Below are positions 1 through 14,100 of a stretch of DNA of 64,000 bases, one piece after another (position 1 is the stretch's first letter; the number at the start of each line of letters is the position of its first letter). Under the pieces are notes generated by a model. It saw only the letters and a program-made list of their open reading frames with translations, was not told where the DNA came from and did not search any database. Position numbers and translations under genes: made by a program. Source of the DNA: Eledone cirrhosa (taxonomy: Eukaryota); NCBI GenBank assembly GCA_964016885.1, contig OZ024762.1:29946001-30010000 (forward strand), written 5' to 3'.

Positions 1-3000
1 TGTCAGAAGTAACTCCACTGTTGGTGAGAATTCATTTAAGTTCATGGTATTAGCTGTCAGAAGTAACTCCACTGTTGGTGAGAATTCATTTAAGTTCATG
101 GTATTAGCTGTCAGAAGTAACTCCACTGTTGGTGAGAATTCATTTAAGTTCATGGTATTAGCTGTCAGAAGGAACTCCAATGTTGGTGAGAATTCATTTA
201 AGTCATGGTACTAGCTGTCAGAAGTAACTCCACTGTTGGTGAGAATTCATTTAAGTTCATGGTATTAGCTGTCAGAAGGAACGCCACTGTTGGTGAGAAT
301 TCATTTAAGTTCATGGTATTAGCTGCCAGAAGTAACTCCACTGTTGGTGAGAATTCATTTAAGTTCATGGTACTAGCTGTCAGAAGTAACTCCAATGTTG
401 GTGAGAATTCATTTAAGTTCATGGTATTAGCTGTCAGAAGTAACTCCACTGTTGGTGAGAATTCATTTAAGTTCATGGTACTAGCTGTCAGAAGTAACTC
501 CACTGTTGGTGAGAATTCAGTTAAGTTCATGGTATTATTTGTCAGAAGTAACACCACTGTTGGTGAGAATTAATTTAAATCATGGTATTAGTTGTCAGAA
601 GTAACTCCAATGTTGGTGAGAATTCATTTAAGTTCATGGTACTAGCTGTCAGAAGTAACTCCACTGTTGGTGACAATTCATTTAAGTTCATGGTATTAGC
701 TGTCAGAAGTAACTCCACTGTTGGTGAGAATTCATTTAAGTCATGGTATTAGCTGTCAGAAGTAACTCCATTGTTGGTGAGAATTCATTTAAGTCATGGT
801 ACTAGCTGTCAGAAGTAACTCCACTGTTGGTGAGAATTCATTTAAGTTCATGGTACTAGCTGTCAGAAGTAACTCCACTGTTGGTGAGAATTCATTTAAG
901 TTCATGGTACTAGCTGTCAGAAATAACTCCACTGTTGGTGAGAATTCATTTAAGTTCATGGTACTAGCTGTCAGAAGTAACTCCAATGTTGGTGAGAATT
1001 CATTTAAGTTCATGGTATTAGCTGTCAGAAGTCACTCCAATGTTGGTGAGAATTCATTTAAGTTCATGGTACTAGCTGTCAGAAGTAACTCCACTGTTGG
1101 TGAGAATTCATTTAAGTTCATGGTACTAGCTGTCAGAAGTAACCCCAATGTTGGTGAGAATTCATTTAAGTTCATGGTATTAGCTGTCAGAAGTCACTCC
1201 AATGTTGGTGAGAATTCATTTAAGTTCATGGTATTAGCTGTCAGAAGTCACTCCACTGTTGGTGAGAATTCATTTAAGTTCATGGTACTAGCTGTCAGAA
1301 GTAACCCCAATGTTGGTGAGAATTCATTTAAGTTCATGGTATTAGCTGTCAGAAGTCACTCCAATGTTGGTGAGAATTCATTTAAGTTCATGGTATTAGC
1401 TGTCAGAAGTAACTCCACTGTTGGTGAGAATTCATTTAAGTTCATGGTATTAGCTGTCAGAAGGAACGCCACTGTTGGTGAGAATTCATTTAAGTTCATG
1501 GTATTAGCTGTCAGAAGTAACTCCACTGTTGGTGAGAATTCATTTAAGTTCATGGTACTAGCTGTCAGAAGTAACTCCACTGTTGGTGAGAATTCATTTA
1601 AGTTCATGGTACTAGCTGTCAGAAGTAACTCCAATGTTGGTGAGAATTCATTTAAGTTCATGGTATTAGCTGTCAGAAGTAACTCCACTGTTGGTGAGAA
1701 TTCATTTAAGTTCATGGTACTAGCTGTCAGAAGTAACTCCACTGTTGGTGAGAATTCAGTTAAGTTCATGGTATTAGTTGTCAGAAGTAACTCCACTGTT
1801 GGTGAGAATTCATTTAAGTTCATGGTACTAGCTGTCAGAAGTAACTCCACTGTTGGTGAGAATTCATTTAAGTTCATGGTACTAGCTGTCAGAAGTAACT
1901 CCACTGTTGGTGAGAATTCATTTAAGTTCATGGTACTAGCTGTCAGAAGTAACTCCACTGTTGGTGAGAATTCATTTAAGTTCATGGTACTAGCTGTCAG
2001 AAGTAACTCCAATGTTGGTGAGAATTCATTTAAGTTCATGGTATTAGCTGTCAGAAGTAACTCCACTGTTGGTGAGAATTCATTTAAGTTCATGGTACTA
2101 GCTGTCAGAAGTAACTCCACTGTTGGTGAGAATTCATTTAAGTTCATGGTACTAGCTGTCAGAAGTAACCCCAACGTTGGTGAGAATTCATTTAAGTTCA
2201 TGGTATTAGCTGTCAGAAGTCACTCCAATGTTGGTGAGAATTCATTTAAGTTCATGGTATTAGCTGTCAGAAGTAACTCCACTGTTGGTGAGAATTCATT
2301 TAAGTTCATGGTATTAGCTGTCAGAAGTAACTCCACTGTTGGTGAGAATTCATTTAAGTTCATGGTATTAGCTGTCAGAAGTAACTCCACTGTTGGTGAG
2401 AATTCATTTAAGTTCATGGTACTAGCTGTCAGAAGTAACTCCACTGTTGGTGAGAATTCATTTAAGTTCATGGTACTAGCTGTCAGAAGTAACTCCAATG
2501 TTGGTGAGAATTCATTTAAGTTCATGGTATTAGCTGTCAGAAGTAACTCCACTGTTGGTGAGAATTCATTTAAGTTCATGGTACTAGCTGTCAGAAGTAA
2601 CTCCACTGTTGGTGAGAATTCATTTAAGTTCATGGTACTAGCTGTCAGAAGTAACCCCAACGTTGGTGAGAATTCATTTAAGTTCATGGTATTAGCTGTC
2701 AGAAGTCACTCCAATGTTGGTGAGAATTCATTTAAGTTCATGGTATTAGCTGTCAGAAGTCACTCCACTGTTGGTGAGAATTCATTTAAGTTCATGGTAT
2801 TAGCTGTCAGAAGTAACTCCACTGTTGGTGAGAATTCATTTAAGTTCATGGTATTAGCTGTCAGAAGGAACTCCAATGTTGGTGAGAATTCATTTAAGTC
2901 ATGGTACTAGCTGTCAGAAGTAACTCCACTGTTGGTGAGAATTCATTTAAGTTCATGGTATTAGCTGTCAGAAGGAACGCCACTGTTGGTGAGAATTCAT

Positions 3001-3323
3001 TTAAGTTCATGGTATTAGCTGTCAGAAGTAACTCCACTGTTGGTGAGAATTCATTTAAGTTCATGGTACTAGCTGTCAGAAGTAACTCCAATGTTGGTGA
3101 GAATTCATTTAAGTTCATGGTATTAGCTGTCAGAAGGAACTCCACTGTTGGTGACAATTCATTTAAGTTCATGGTATTAGCTGTCAGAAGTAACTCCACT
3201 GTTGGTGAGAATTCATGTAAGTTCATGGTACTAGCTGTCAGAAGTAACTCCACTGTTGGTGAGAATTCAGTTAAGTTCATGGTATTAGTTGTCAGAAGTA
3301 ACTCCACTGTTGGTGAGAATTAA

Positions 3324-4615
3324 TTTAAATCATGGTATTAGTTGTCAGAAGTAACTCCACTGTTGGTGGGAATTCATTTAAGTCATGGTATTAGCTGTCA
3401 GAAGTAACTCCATTGTTGGTGATAATTCATTTAAGTCATGGTACTAGCTGTCAGAAGTAACTCCACTGTTGGTGAGAATTCATTTAAGTTCATGGTACTA
3501 GCTGTCAGAAGTAACTCCACTGTTGGTGAGAATTCATTTAAGTTCATGGTACTAGCTGTCAGAAGTAACTCCACTGTTGGTGAGAATTCATTTAAGTTCA
3601 TGGTACTAGCTGTCAGAAGTAACTCCACTGTTGGTGAGAATTCATTTAAGTTCATGGTACTAGCTGTCAGAAGTAACTCCAATGTTGGTGAGAATTCATT
3701 TAAGTTCATGGTATTAGCTGTCAGAAGTAACTCCACTGTTGGTGCGAATTCATTTAAGTTCATGGTACTAGCTGTCAGAAGTAACTCCACTGTTGGTGAG
3801 AATTCATTTAAGTTCATGGTACTAGCTGTCAGAAGTAACCCCAATGTTGGTGAGAATTCATTTAAGTTCATGGTATTAGCTGTCAGAAGTCACTCCAATG
3901 TTGGTGAGAATTCATTTAAGTTCATGGTATTAGCTGTCAGAAGTCACTCCACTGTTGGTGAGAATTCATTTAAGTTCATGGTACTAGCTGTCAGAAGTAA
4001 CCCCAATGTTGGTGAGAATTCATTTAAGTTCATGGTATTAGCTGTCAGAATTAACTCCACTGTTGGTGAGAATTCATTTAAGTTCATGGTATTAGCTGTC
4101 AGAAGTAACTCCACTGTTGGTGAGAATTCATTTAAGTTCATGGTATTAGCTGTCAGAAGGAACTCCAATGTTGGTGAGAATTCATTTAAGTCATGGTACT
4201 AGCTGTCAGAAGTAACTCCACTGTTGGTGAGAATTCATTTAAGTTCATGGTATTAGCTGTCAGAAGGAACGCCACTGTTGGTGAGAATTCATTTAAGTTC
4301 ATGGTATTAGCTGTCAGAAGTAACTCCACTGTTGGTGAGAATTCATTTAAGTTCATGGTACTAGCTGTCAGAAGTAACTCCAATGTTGGTGAGAATTCAT
4401 TTAAGTTCATGGTATTAGCTGTCAGAAGGAACTCCACTGTTGGTGAGAATTCATTTAAGTTCATGGTATTAGCTGTCAGAAGTAACTCCACTGTTGGTGA
4501 GAATTCATTTAAGTTCATGGTACTAGCTGTCAGAAGTAACTCCACTGTTGGTGAGAATTCAGTTAAGTTCATGGTATTAGTTGTCAGAAGTAACTCCACT
4601 GTTGGTGAGAATTAA
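3324..4615. repeat. Example copy of the loose higher-order repeat (24 monomers, 1,292 bp)
   Basis: Interval between consecutive landmark monomers GAGAATTAATTTAAATCATG (TAA ending at 3323 and 4615). 1,292 = 24x54 - 4. The same spacing occurs at 9247-10539; related spacings are 1,130 (6770-7900, 17002-18132) and 1,076 (20500-21576, 34595-35671). Confidence 0.8.
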
Positions 4616-7600
4616 TTTAAATCATGGTATTAGTTGTCAGAAGTAACTCCAATGTTGGTGAGAATTCATTTAAGTTCATGGTACTAGCTGTCAGAAGTAA
4701 CTCCACTGTTGGTGAGAATTCATTTAAGTTCATGGTATTAGCTGTCAGAAGTAACTCCACTGTTGGTGAGAATTCATTTAAGTCATGGTATTAGCTGTCA
4801 GAAGTAACTCCATTGTTGGTGAGAATTCATTTAAGTCATGGTACTAGCTGTCAGAAGTAACTCCACTGTTGGTGAGAATTCATTTAAGTTCATGGTACTA
4901 GCTGTCAGAAGTAACTCCACTGTTGGTGAGAATTCATTTAAGTTCATGGTACTAGCTGTCAGAAGTAACTCCACTGTTGGTGAGAATTCATTTAAGTTCA
5001 TGGTACTAGCTGTCAGAAGTAACTCCAATGTTGGTGAGAATTCATTTAAGTTCATGGTATTAGCTGTCAGAAGTAACTCCACTGTTGGTGAGAATTCATT
5101 TAAGTTCATGGTACTAGCTGTCAGAAGTAACTCCACTGTTGGTGAGAATTCATTTAAGTTCATGGTACTAGCTGTCAGAAGTAACCCCAATGTTGGTGAG
5201 AATTCATTTAAGTTCATGGTATTAGCTGTCAGAAGTCACTCCAATGTTGGTGAGAATTCATTTAAGTTCATGGTATTAGCTGTCAGAAGTCACTCCACTG
5301 TTGGTGAGAATTCATTTAAGTTCATGGTACTAGCTGTCAGAAGTAACCCCAATGTTGGTGAGAATTCATTTAAGTTCATGGTATTAGCTGTCAGAAGTAA
5401 CTCCACTGTTGGTGAGAATTCATTTAAGTTCATGGTATTAGCTGTCAGAAGTAACTCCACTGTTGGTGAGAATTCATTTAAGTTCATGGTATTAGCTGTC
5501 AGAAGGAACTCCAATGTTGGTGAGAATTCATTTAAGTCATGGTACTAGCTGTCAGAAGTAACTCCACTGTTGGTGAGAATTCATTTAAGTTCATGGTATT
5601 AGCTGTCAGAAGGAACGCCACTGTTGGTGAGAATTCATTTAAGTTCATGGTATTAGCTGTCAGAAGTAACTCCACTGTTGGTGAGAATTCATTTAAGTTC
5701 ATGGTACTAGCTGTCAGAAGTAACTCCAATGTTGGTGAGAATTCATTTAAGTTCATGGTATTAGCTGTCAGAAGGAACTCCACTGTTGGTGAGAATTCAT
5801 TTAAGTTCATGGTATTAGCTGTCAGAAGTAACTCCACTGTTGGTGAGAATTCATTTAAGTTCATGGTACTAGCTGTCAGAAGTAACTCCACTGTTGGTGA
5901 GAATTCATTTAAGTTCATGGTACTAGCTGTCAGAAGTAACTCCACTGTTGGTGAGAATTCATTTAAGTTCATGGTATTAGCTGTCAGAAGTAACTCCACT
6001 GTTGGTGAGAATTCATTTAAGTTCATGGTACTAGCTGTCAGAAGTAACTCCACTGTTGGTGAGAATTCATTTAAGTTCATGGTATTAGCTGTCAGAAGTA
6101 ACTCCACTGTTGGTGAGAATTCATTTAAGTTCATGGTATTAGCTGTCAGAAGTAACTCCACTGTTGGTGAGAATTCATTTAAGTTCATGGTATTAGCTGT
6201 CAGAAGTAACTCCACTGTTGGTGAGAATTCATTTAAGCTCATGGTATTAGCTGTCAGAAGTAACTCCACTGTTGGTGAGAATTCATTTAAGTTCATGGTA
6301 TTAGCTGTCAGAAGGAACTCCAATGTTGGTGAGAATTCATTTAAGTCATGGTACTAGCTGTCAGAAGTAACTCCACTGTTGGTGAGAATTCATTTAAGTT
6401 CATGGTATTAGCTGTCAGAAGGAACGCCACTGTTGGTGAGAATTCATTTAAGTTCATGGTATTAGCTGTCAGAAGTAACTCCACTGTTGGTGAGAATTCA
6501 TTTAAGTTCATGGTACTAGCTGTCAGAAGTAACTCCAATGTTGGTGAGAATTCATTTAAGTTCATGGTATTAGCTGTCAGAAGGAACTCCACTGTTGGTG
6601 AGAATTCATTTAAGTTCATGGTATTAGCTGTCAGAAGTAACTCCACTGTTGGTGAGAATTCATTTAAGTTCATGGTACTAGCTGTCAGAAGTAACTCCAC
6701 TGTTGGTGAGAATTCAGTTAAGTTCATGGTATTAGTTGTCAGAAGTAACTCCACTGTTGGTGAGAATTAATTTAAATCATGGTATTAGTTGTCAGAAGTA
6801 ACTCCAATGTTGGTGAGAATTCATTTAAGTTCATGGTACTAGCTGTCAGAAGTAACTCCACTGTTGGTGAGAATTCATTTAAGTTCATGGTATTAGCTGT
6901 CAGAAGTAACTCCACTGTTGGTGAGAATTCATTTAAGTCATGGTATTAGCTGTCAGAAGTAACTCCATTGTTGGTGAGAATTCATTTAAGTCATGGTACT
7001 AGCTGTCAGAAGTAACTCCACTGTTGGTGAGAATTCATTTAAGTTCATGGTACTAGCTGTCAGAAGTAACTCCACTGTTGGTGATAATTCATTTAAGTTC
7101 ATGGTACTAGCTGTCAGAAGTAACTCCACTGTTGGTGAGAATTCATTTAAGTTCATGGTACTAGCTGTCAGAAGTAACTCCACTGTTGGTGAGAATTCAT
7201 TTAAGTTAATGGTATTAGCTGTCAGAAGTAACTCCACTGTTGGTGAGAATTCATTTAAGTTCATGGTACTAGCTGTCAGAAGTAACTCCACTGTTGGTGA
7301 GAATTCATTTAAGTTCATGGTATTAGCTGTCAGAAGTAACTCCACTGTTGGTGAGAATTCATTTAAGTTCATGGTATTAGCTGTCAGAAGTAACTCCACT
7401 GTTGGTGCGAATTCATTTAATTTCATGGTATTAGCTGTCAGAAGGAACTCCAATGTTGGTGAGAATTCATTTAAGTCATGGTACTAGCTGTCAGAAGTAA
7501 CTCCACTGTTGGTGAGAATTCATTTAAGTTCATGGTATTAGCTGTCAGAAGGAACGCCACTGTTGGTGAGAATTCATTTAAGTTCATGGTATTAGCTGTC

Positions 7601-10600
7601 AGAAGTAACTCCACTGTTGGTGAGAATTCATTTAAGTTCATGGTACTAGCTGTCAGAAGTAACTCCAATGTTGGTGAGAATTCATTTAAGTTCATGGTAT
7701 TAGCTGTCAGAAGGAACTCCACTGTTGGTGAGAATTCATTTAAGTTCATGGTATTAGCTGTCAGAAGTAACCCCACTGTTGGTGAGAATTCATGTAAGTT
7801 CATGGTACTAGCTGTCAGAAGTAACTCCACTGTTGGTGAGAATTCAGTTAAGTTCATGGTATTAGTTGTCAGAAGTAACTCCACTGTTGGTGAGAATTAA
7901 TTTAAATCATGGTATTAGTTGTCAGAAGTAACTCCAATGTTGGTGAGAATTCATTTAAGTTCATGGTACTAGCTGTCAGAAGTAACTCCACTGTTGGTGA
8001 GAATTCATTTAAGTTCATGGTATTAGCTGTCAGAAGTAACTCCACTGTTGGTGGGAATTCATTTAAGTCATGGTATTAGCTGTCAGAAGTAACTCCATTG
8101 TTGGTGAGAATTCATTTAAGTCATGGTACTAGCTGTCAGAAGTAACTCCACTGTTGGTGAGAATTCATTTAAGTTCATGGTACTAGCTGTCAGAAGTAAC
8201 TCCACTGTTGGTGAGAATTCATTTAAGTTCATGGTACTAGCTGTCAGAAGTAACTCCACTGTTGGTGAGAATTCATTTAAGTTCATGATACTAGCTGTCA
8301 GAAGTAACTCCACTGTTGGTGAGAATTCATTTAAGTTCATGGTACTAGCTGTCAGAAGTAACTACAATGTTGGTGAGAATTCATTTAAGTTCATGGTTTT
8401 AGCTGTCAGAAGTAACTCCACTGTTGGTGAGAATTCATTTAAGTTCATGGTACTAGCTGTCAGAAGTAACGCCACTGTTGGTGAGAATTCATTTAAGTTC
8501 ATGGTACTAGCTGTCAGAAGTAACCCCAATGTTGGTGAGAATTCATTTAAGTTCATGGTATTAGCTGTCAGAAGTCACTCCAATGTTGGTGAGAATTCAT
8601 TTAAGTTCATGGTATTAGCTGTCAGAAGTCACTCCACTGTTGGTGAGAATTCATTTAAGTTCATGGTACTAGCTGTCAGAAGTAACCCCAATGTTGGTGA
8701 GAATTCATTTAAGTTCATGGTATTAGCTGTCAGAAGTCACTCCAATGTTGGTGAGAATTCATTTAAGTTCATGGTATTAGCTGTCAGAAGTAACTCCACT
8801 GTTGGTGAGAATTCATTTAAGTTCATGGTATTAGCTGTCAGAAGGAACGCCACTGTTGGTGAGAATTCATTTAAGTTCATGGTATTAGCTGTCAGAAGTA
8901 ACTCCACTGTTGGTGAGAATTCATTTAAGTTCATGGTACTAGCTGTCAGAAGTAACTCCAATGTTGGTGAGAATTCATTTAAGTTCATGGTATTAGCTGT
9001 CAGAAGGAACTCCACTGTTGGTGAGAATTCATTTAAGTTCATGGTATTAGCTGTCAGAAGTAACTCCACTGTTGGTGAGAATTCATGTAAGTTCATGGTA
9101 CTAGCTGTCAGAAGTAACTCCACTGTTGGTGAGAATTCAGTTAAGTTCATGGTATTAGTTGTCAGAAGTAACTCCACTGTTGGTGAGAATTCATTTAAGT
9201 TCATGGTATTAGCTGTCAGAAGTAACTCCACTGTTGGTGGGAATTAATTTAAATCATGGTATTAGTTGTGAGAAGTAACTCCAATGTTGGTGAGAATTCA
9301 TTTAAGTTCATGGTACTAGCTGTCAGAAGTAACTCCACTGTTGGTGAGAATTCATTTAAGTTCATGGTATTAGCTGTCAGAAGTAACTCCACTGTTGGTG
9401 GGAATTCATTTAAGTCATGGTATTAGCTGTCAGAAGTAACTCCATTGTTGGTGAGAATTCATTTAAGTCATGGTACTAGCTGTCAGAAGTAACTCCACTG
9501 TTGGTGAGAATTCATTTAAGTTCATGGTACTAGCTGTCAGAAGTAACTCCACTGTTGGTGAGAATTCATTTAAGTTCATGGTACTAGCTGTCAGAAGTAA
9601 CTCCACTGTTGGTGAGAATTCATTTAAGTTCATGGTACTAGCTGTCAGAAGTAACTCCACTGTTGGTGAGAATTCATTTAAGTTCATGGTACTAGCTGTC
9701 AGAAGTAACTCCAATGTTGGTGAGAATTCATTTAAGTTCATGGTATTAGCTGTCAGAAGTCACTCCAATGTTGGTGAGAATTCATTTAAGTTCATGGTAT
9801 TAGCTGTCAGAAGTCACTCCACTGTTGGTGAGAATTCATTTAAGTTCATGGTACTAGCTGTCAGAAGTAACCCCAATGTTGGTGAGAATTCATTTAAGTT
9901 CATGGTATTAGCTGTCAGAAGTCACTCCAATGTTGGTGAGAATTCATTTAAGTTCATGGTATTAGCTGTCAGAAGTAACTCCACTGTTGGTGAGAATTCA
10001 TTTAAGTTCATGGTATTAGCTGTCAGAAGTAACTCCACTGTTGGTGAGAATTCATTTAAGTTCATGGTATTAGCTGTCAGAAGTAACTCCACTGTTGGTG
10101 AGAATTCATTTAAGTTCATGGTATTAGCTGTCAGAAGGAACTCCAATGTTGGTGAGAATTCATTTAAGTCATGGTACTAGCTGTCAGAAGTAACTCCACT
10201 GTTGGTGAGAATTCATTTAAGTTCATGGTATTAGCTGTCAGAAGGAACGCCACTGTTGGTGAGAATTCATTTAAGTTCATGGTATTAGCTGTCAGAAGTA
10301 ACTCCACTGTTGGTGAGAATTCATTTAAGTTCATGGTACTAGCTGTCAGAAGTAACTCCAATGTTGGTGAGAATTCATTTAAGTTCATGGTATTAGCTGT
10401 CAGAAGTAACTCCACTGTTGGTGAGAATTCATTTAAGTTCATGGTACTAGCTGTCAGAAGTAACTCCACTGTTGGTGAGAATTCAGTTAAGTTCATGGTA
10501 TTAGTTGTCAGAAGTAACACCACTGTTGGTGAGAATTAATTTAAATCATGGTATTAGTTGTCAGAAGTAACTCCAATGTTGGTGAGAATTCATTTAAGTT

Positions 10601-12589
10601 CATGGTACTAGCTGTCAGAAGTAACTCCACTGTTGGTGAGAATTCATTTAAGTTCATGGTATTAGCTGTCAGAAGTAACTCCACTGTTGGTGAGAATTCA
10701 TTTAAGTCATGGTATTAGCTGTCAGAAGTAACTCCATTGTTGGTGAGAATTCATTTAAGTCATGGTACTAGCTGTCAGAAGTAACTCCACTGTTGGTGAA
10801 AATTCATTTAAGTTCATGGTACTAGCTGTCAGAAGTAACTCCACTGTTGGTGAGAATTCATTTAAGTTCATGGTACTAGCTGTCAGAAGTAACTCCACTG
10901 TTGGTGAGAATTCATTTAAGTTCATGGTACTAGCTGTCAGAAGTAACTCCAATGTTGGTGAGAATTCATTTAAGTTCATGGTATTAGCTGTCAGAAGTAA
11001 CTCCACTGTTGGTGAGAATTCATTTAAGTTCATGGTATTAGCTGTCAGAAGGAACGCCACTGTTGGTGAGAATTCATTTAAGTTCATGGTATTAGCTGTC
11101 AGAAGTAACTCCACTGTTGGTGAGAATTCATTTAAGTTCATGGTACTAGCTGTCAGAAGTAACTCCACTGTTGGTGAGAATTCATTTAAGTTCATGGTAC
11201 TAGCTGTCAGAAGTAACTCCAATGTTGGTGAGAATTCATTTAAGTTCATGGTATTAGCTGTCAGAAGTAACTCCACTGTTGGTGAGAATTCATTTAAGTT
11301 CATGGTACTAGCTGTCAGAAGTAACTCCACTGTTGGTGAGAATTCAGTTAAGTTCATGGTATTAGTTGTCAGAAGTAACTCCACTGTTGGTGAGAATTCA
11401 TTTAAGTTCATGGTACTAGCTGTCAGAAGTAACTCCACTGTTGGTGAGAATTCATTTAAGTTCATGGTACTAGCTGTCAGAAGTAACTCCACTGTTGGTG
11501 AGAATTCATTTAAGTTCATGGTACTAGCTGTCAGAAGTAACTCCACTGTTGGTGAGAATTCATTTAAGTTCATGGTACTAGCTGTCAGAAGTAACTCCAA
11601 TGTTGGTGAGAATTCATTTAAGTTCATGGTATTAGCTGTCAGAAGTAACTCCACTGTTGGTGAGAATTCATTTAAGTTCATGGTACTAGCTGTCAGAAGT
11701 AACTCCACTGTTGGTGAGAATTCATTTAAGTTCATGGTACTAGCTGTCAGAAGTAACCCCAACGTTGGTGAGAATTCATTTAAGTTCATGGTATTAGCTG
11801 TCAGAAGTCACTCCAATGTTGGTGAGAATTCATTTAAGTTCATGGTATTAGCTCTCAGAAGTAACTCCACTGTTGGTGAGAATTCATTTAAGTTCATGGT
11901 ATTAGCTCTCAGAAGTAACTCCACTGTTGGTGAGAATTCATTTAAGTTCATGGTATTAGCTGTCAGAAGTAACTCCACTGTTGGTGAGAATTCATTTAAG
12001 TTCATGGTATTAGCTGTCAGAAGTAACTCCACTGTTGGTGAGAATTCATTTAAGTTCATGGTACTAGCTGTCAGAAGTAACTCCACTGTTGGTGAGAATT
12101 CATTTAAGTTCATAGTACTAGCTGTCAGAAGTAACTCCAATGTTGGTGAGAATTCATTTAAGTTCATGGTATTAGCTGTCAGAAGTAACTCCACTGTTGG
12201 TGAGAATTCATTTAAGTTCATGGTACTAGCTGTCAGAAGTAACTCCACTGTTGGTGAGAATTCATTTAAGTTCATGGTACTAGCTGTCAGAAGTAACCCC
12301 AACGTTGGTGAGAATTCATTTAAGTTCATGGTATTAGCTGTCAGAAGTCACTCCAATGTTGGTGAGAATTCATTTAAGTTCATGGTATTAGCTGTCAGAA
12401 GTCACTCCACTGTTGATGAGAATTCATTTAAGTTCATGGTATTAGCTGTCAGAAGTAACTCCACTGTTGGTGAGAATTCATTTAAGTTCATGGTATTAGC
12501 TGTCAGAAGTAACTCCACTGTTGGTGAGAATTCATTTAAGTTCATGGTATTAGATGTCAGAAGGAACTCCAATGTTGGTGAGAATTCAT

Positions 12590-14100
12590 TTAAGTCATGG
12601 TACTAGCTGTCAGAAGTAACTCCACTGTTGGTGAGAATTCATTTAAGTTCATGGTATTAGCTGTCAGAAGTAACTCCACTGTTGGTGAGAATTCATTTAA
12701 GTCATGGTATTAGCTGTCAGAAGTAACTCCATTGTTGGTGAGAATTCATTTAAGTCATGGTACTAGCTGTCAGAAGTAACTCCACTGTTGGTGAGAATTC
12801 ATTTAAGTTCATGGTACTAGCTGTCAGAAGTAACTCCACTGTTGGTGAGAATTCATTTAAGTTCATGGTACTAGCTGTCAGAAGTAACTCCACTGTTGGT
12901 GAGAATTCATTTAAGTTCATGGTACAAGCTGTCAGAAGTAACTCCAATGTTGGTGAGAATTCATTTAAGTTCATGGTATTAGCTGTCAGAAGTAACTCCA
13001 CTGTTGGTGAGAATTCATTTAAGTTCATGGTACTAGCTGTCAGAAGTAACTCCACTGTTGGTGAGAATTCATTTAAGTTCATGGTACTAGCTGTCAGAAG
13101 TAACCCCAATGTTGGTGAGAATTCATTTAAGTTCATGGTATTAGCTGTCAGAAGTAACCCCAACGTTGGTGAGAATTCATTTAAGTTCATGGTATTAGCT
13201 GTCAGAAGTCACTCCACTGTTGGTGAGAATTCATTTAAGTTCATGGTACTAGCTGTCAGAAGTAACCCCAATGTTGGTGAGAATTCATTTAAGTTCATGG
13301 TATTAGCTGTCAGAAGTCACTCCAATGTTGGTGAGAATTCATTTAAGTTCATGGTATTAGCTGTCAGAAGTAACTCCACTGTTGGTGAGAATTCATTTAA
13401 GTTCATGGTATTAGCTGTCAGAAGTAACTCCACTGTTGGTGAGAATTCATTTAAGTTCATGGTATTAGCTGTCAGAAGTAACTCCACTGTTGGTGAGAAT
13501 TCATTTAAGTTCATGGTATTAGCTGTCAGAAGGAACTCCAATGTTGGTGAGAATTCATTTAAGTCATGGTACTAGCTGTCAGAAGTAACTCCACTGTTGG
13601 TGAGAATTCATTTAAGTTCATGGTATTAGCTGTCAGAAGTAACTCCACTGTTGGTGAGAATTCATTTAAGTCATGGTATTAGCTGTCAGAAGTAACTCCA
13701 TTGTTGGTGAGAATTCATTTAAGTCATGGTACTAGCTGTCAGAAGTAACTCCACTGTTGGTGAGAATTCATTTAAGTTCATGGTACTAGCTGTCAGAAGT
13801 AACTCCACTGTTGGTGAGAATTCATTTAAGTTCATGGTACTAGCTGTCAGAAGTAACTCCACTGTTGGTGAGAATTCATTTAAGTTCATGGTACTAGCTG
13901 TCAGAAGTAACTCCAATGTTGGTGAGAATTCATTTAAGTTCATGGTATTAGCTGTCAGAAGTAACTCCACTGTTGGTGAGAATTCATTTAAGTTCATGGT
14001 ACTAGCTGTCAGAAGTAACTCCACTGTTGGTGAGAATTCATTTAAGTTCATGGTACTAGCTGTCAGAAGTAACCCCAATGTTGGTGAGAATTCATTTAAG
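12590..14100. repeat. Approx. 969-bp (18-monomer) period duplication within the array
   Basis: Frameshift landmarks repeat at +969: ORF ends 12606/13575 and ORF starts 12757/13726, with the same run of three nearby 53-bp monomers. Confidence 0.6.

Noticed and set aside
796-2910. 704-aa plus-strand ORF (and the 614-aa ORF at 10762-12606) as protein-coding genes
   Set aside because: They are simply the longest runs without a 53-bp monomer. There is no unique N- or C-terminus, and the ends are set by satellite indels shared across the array.
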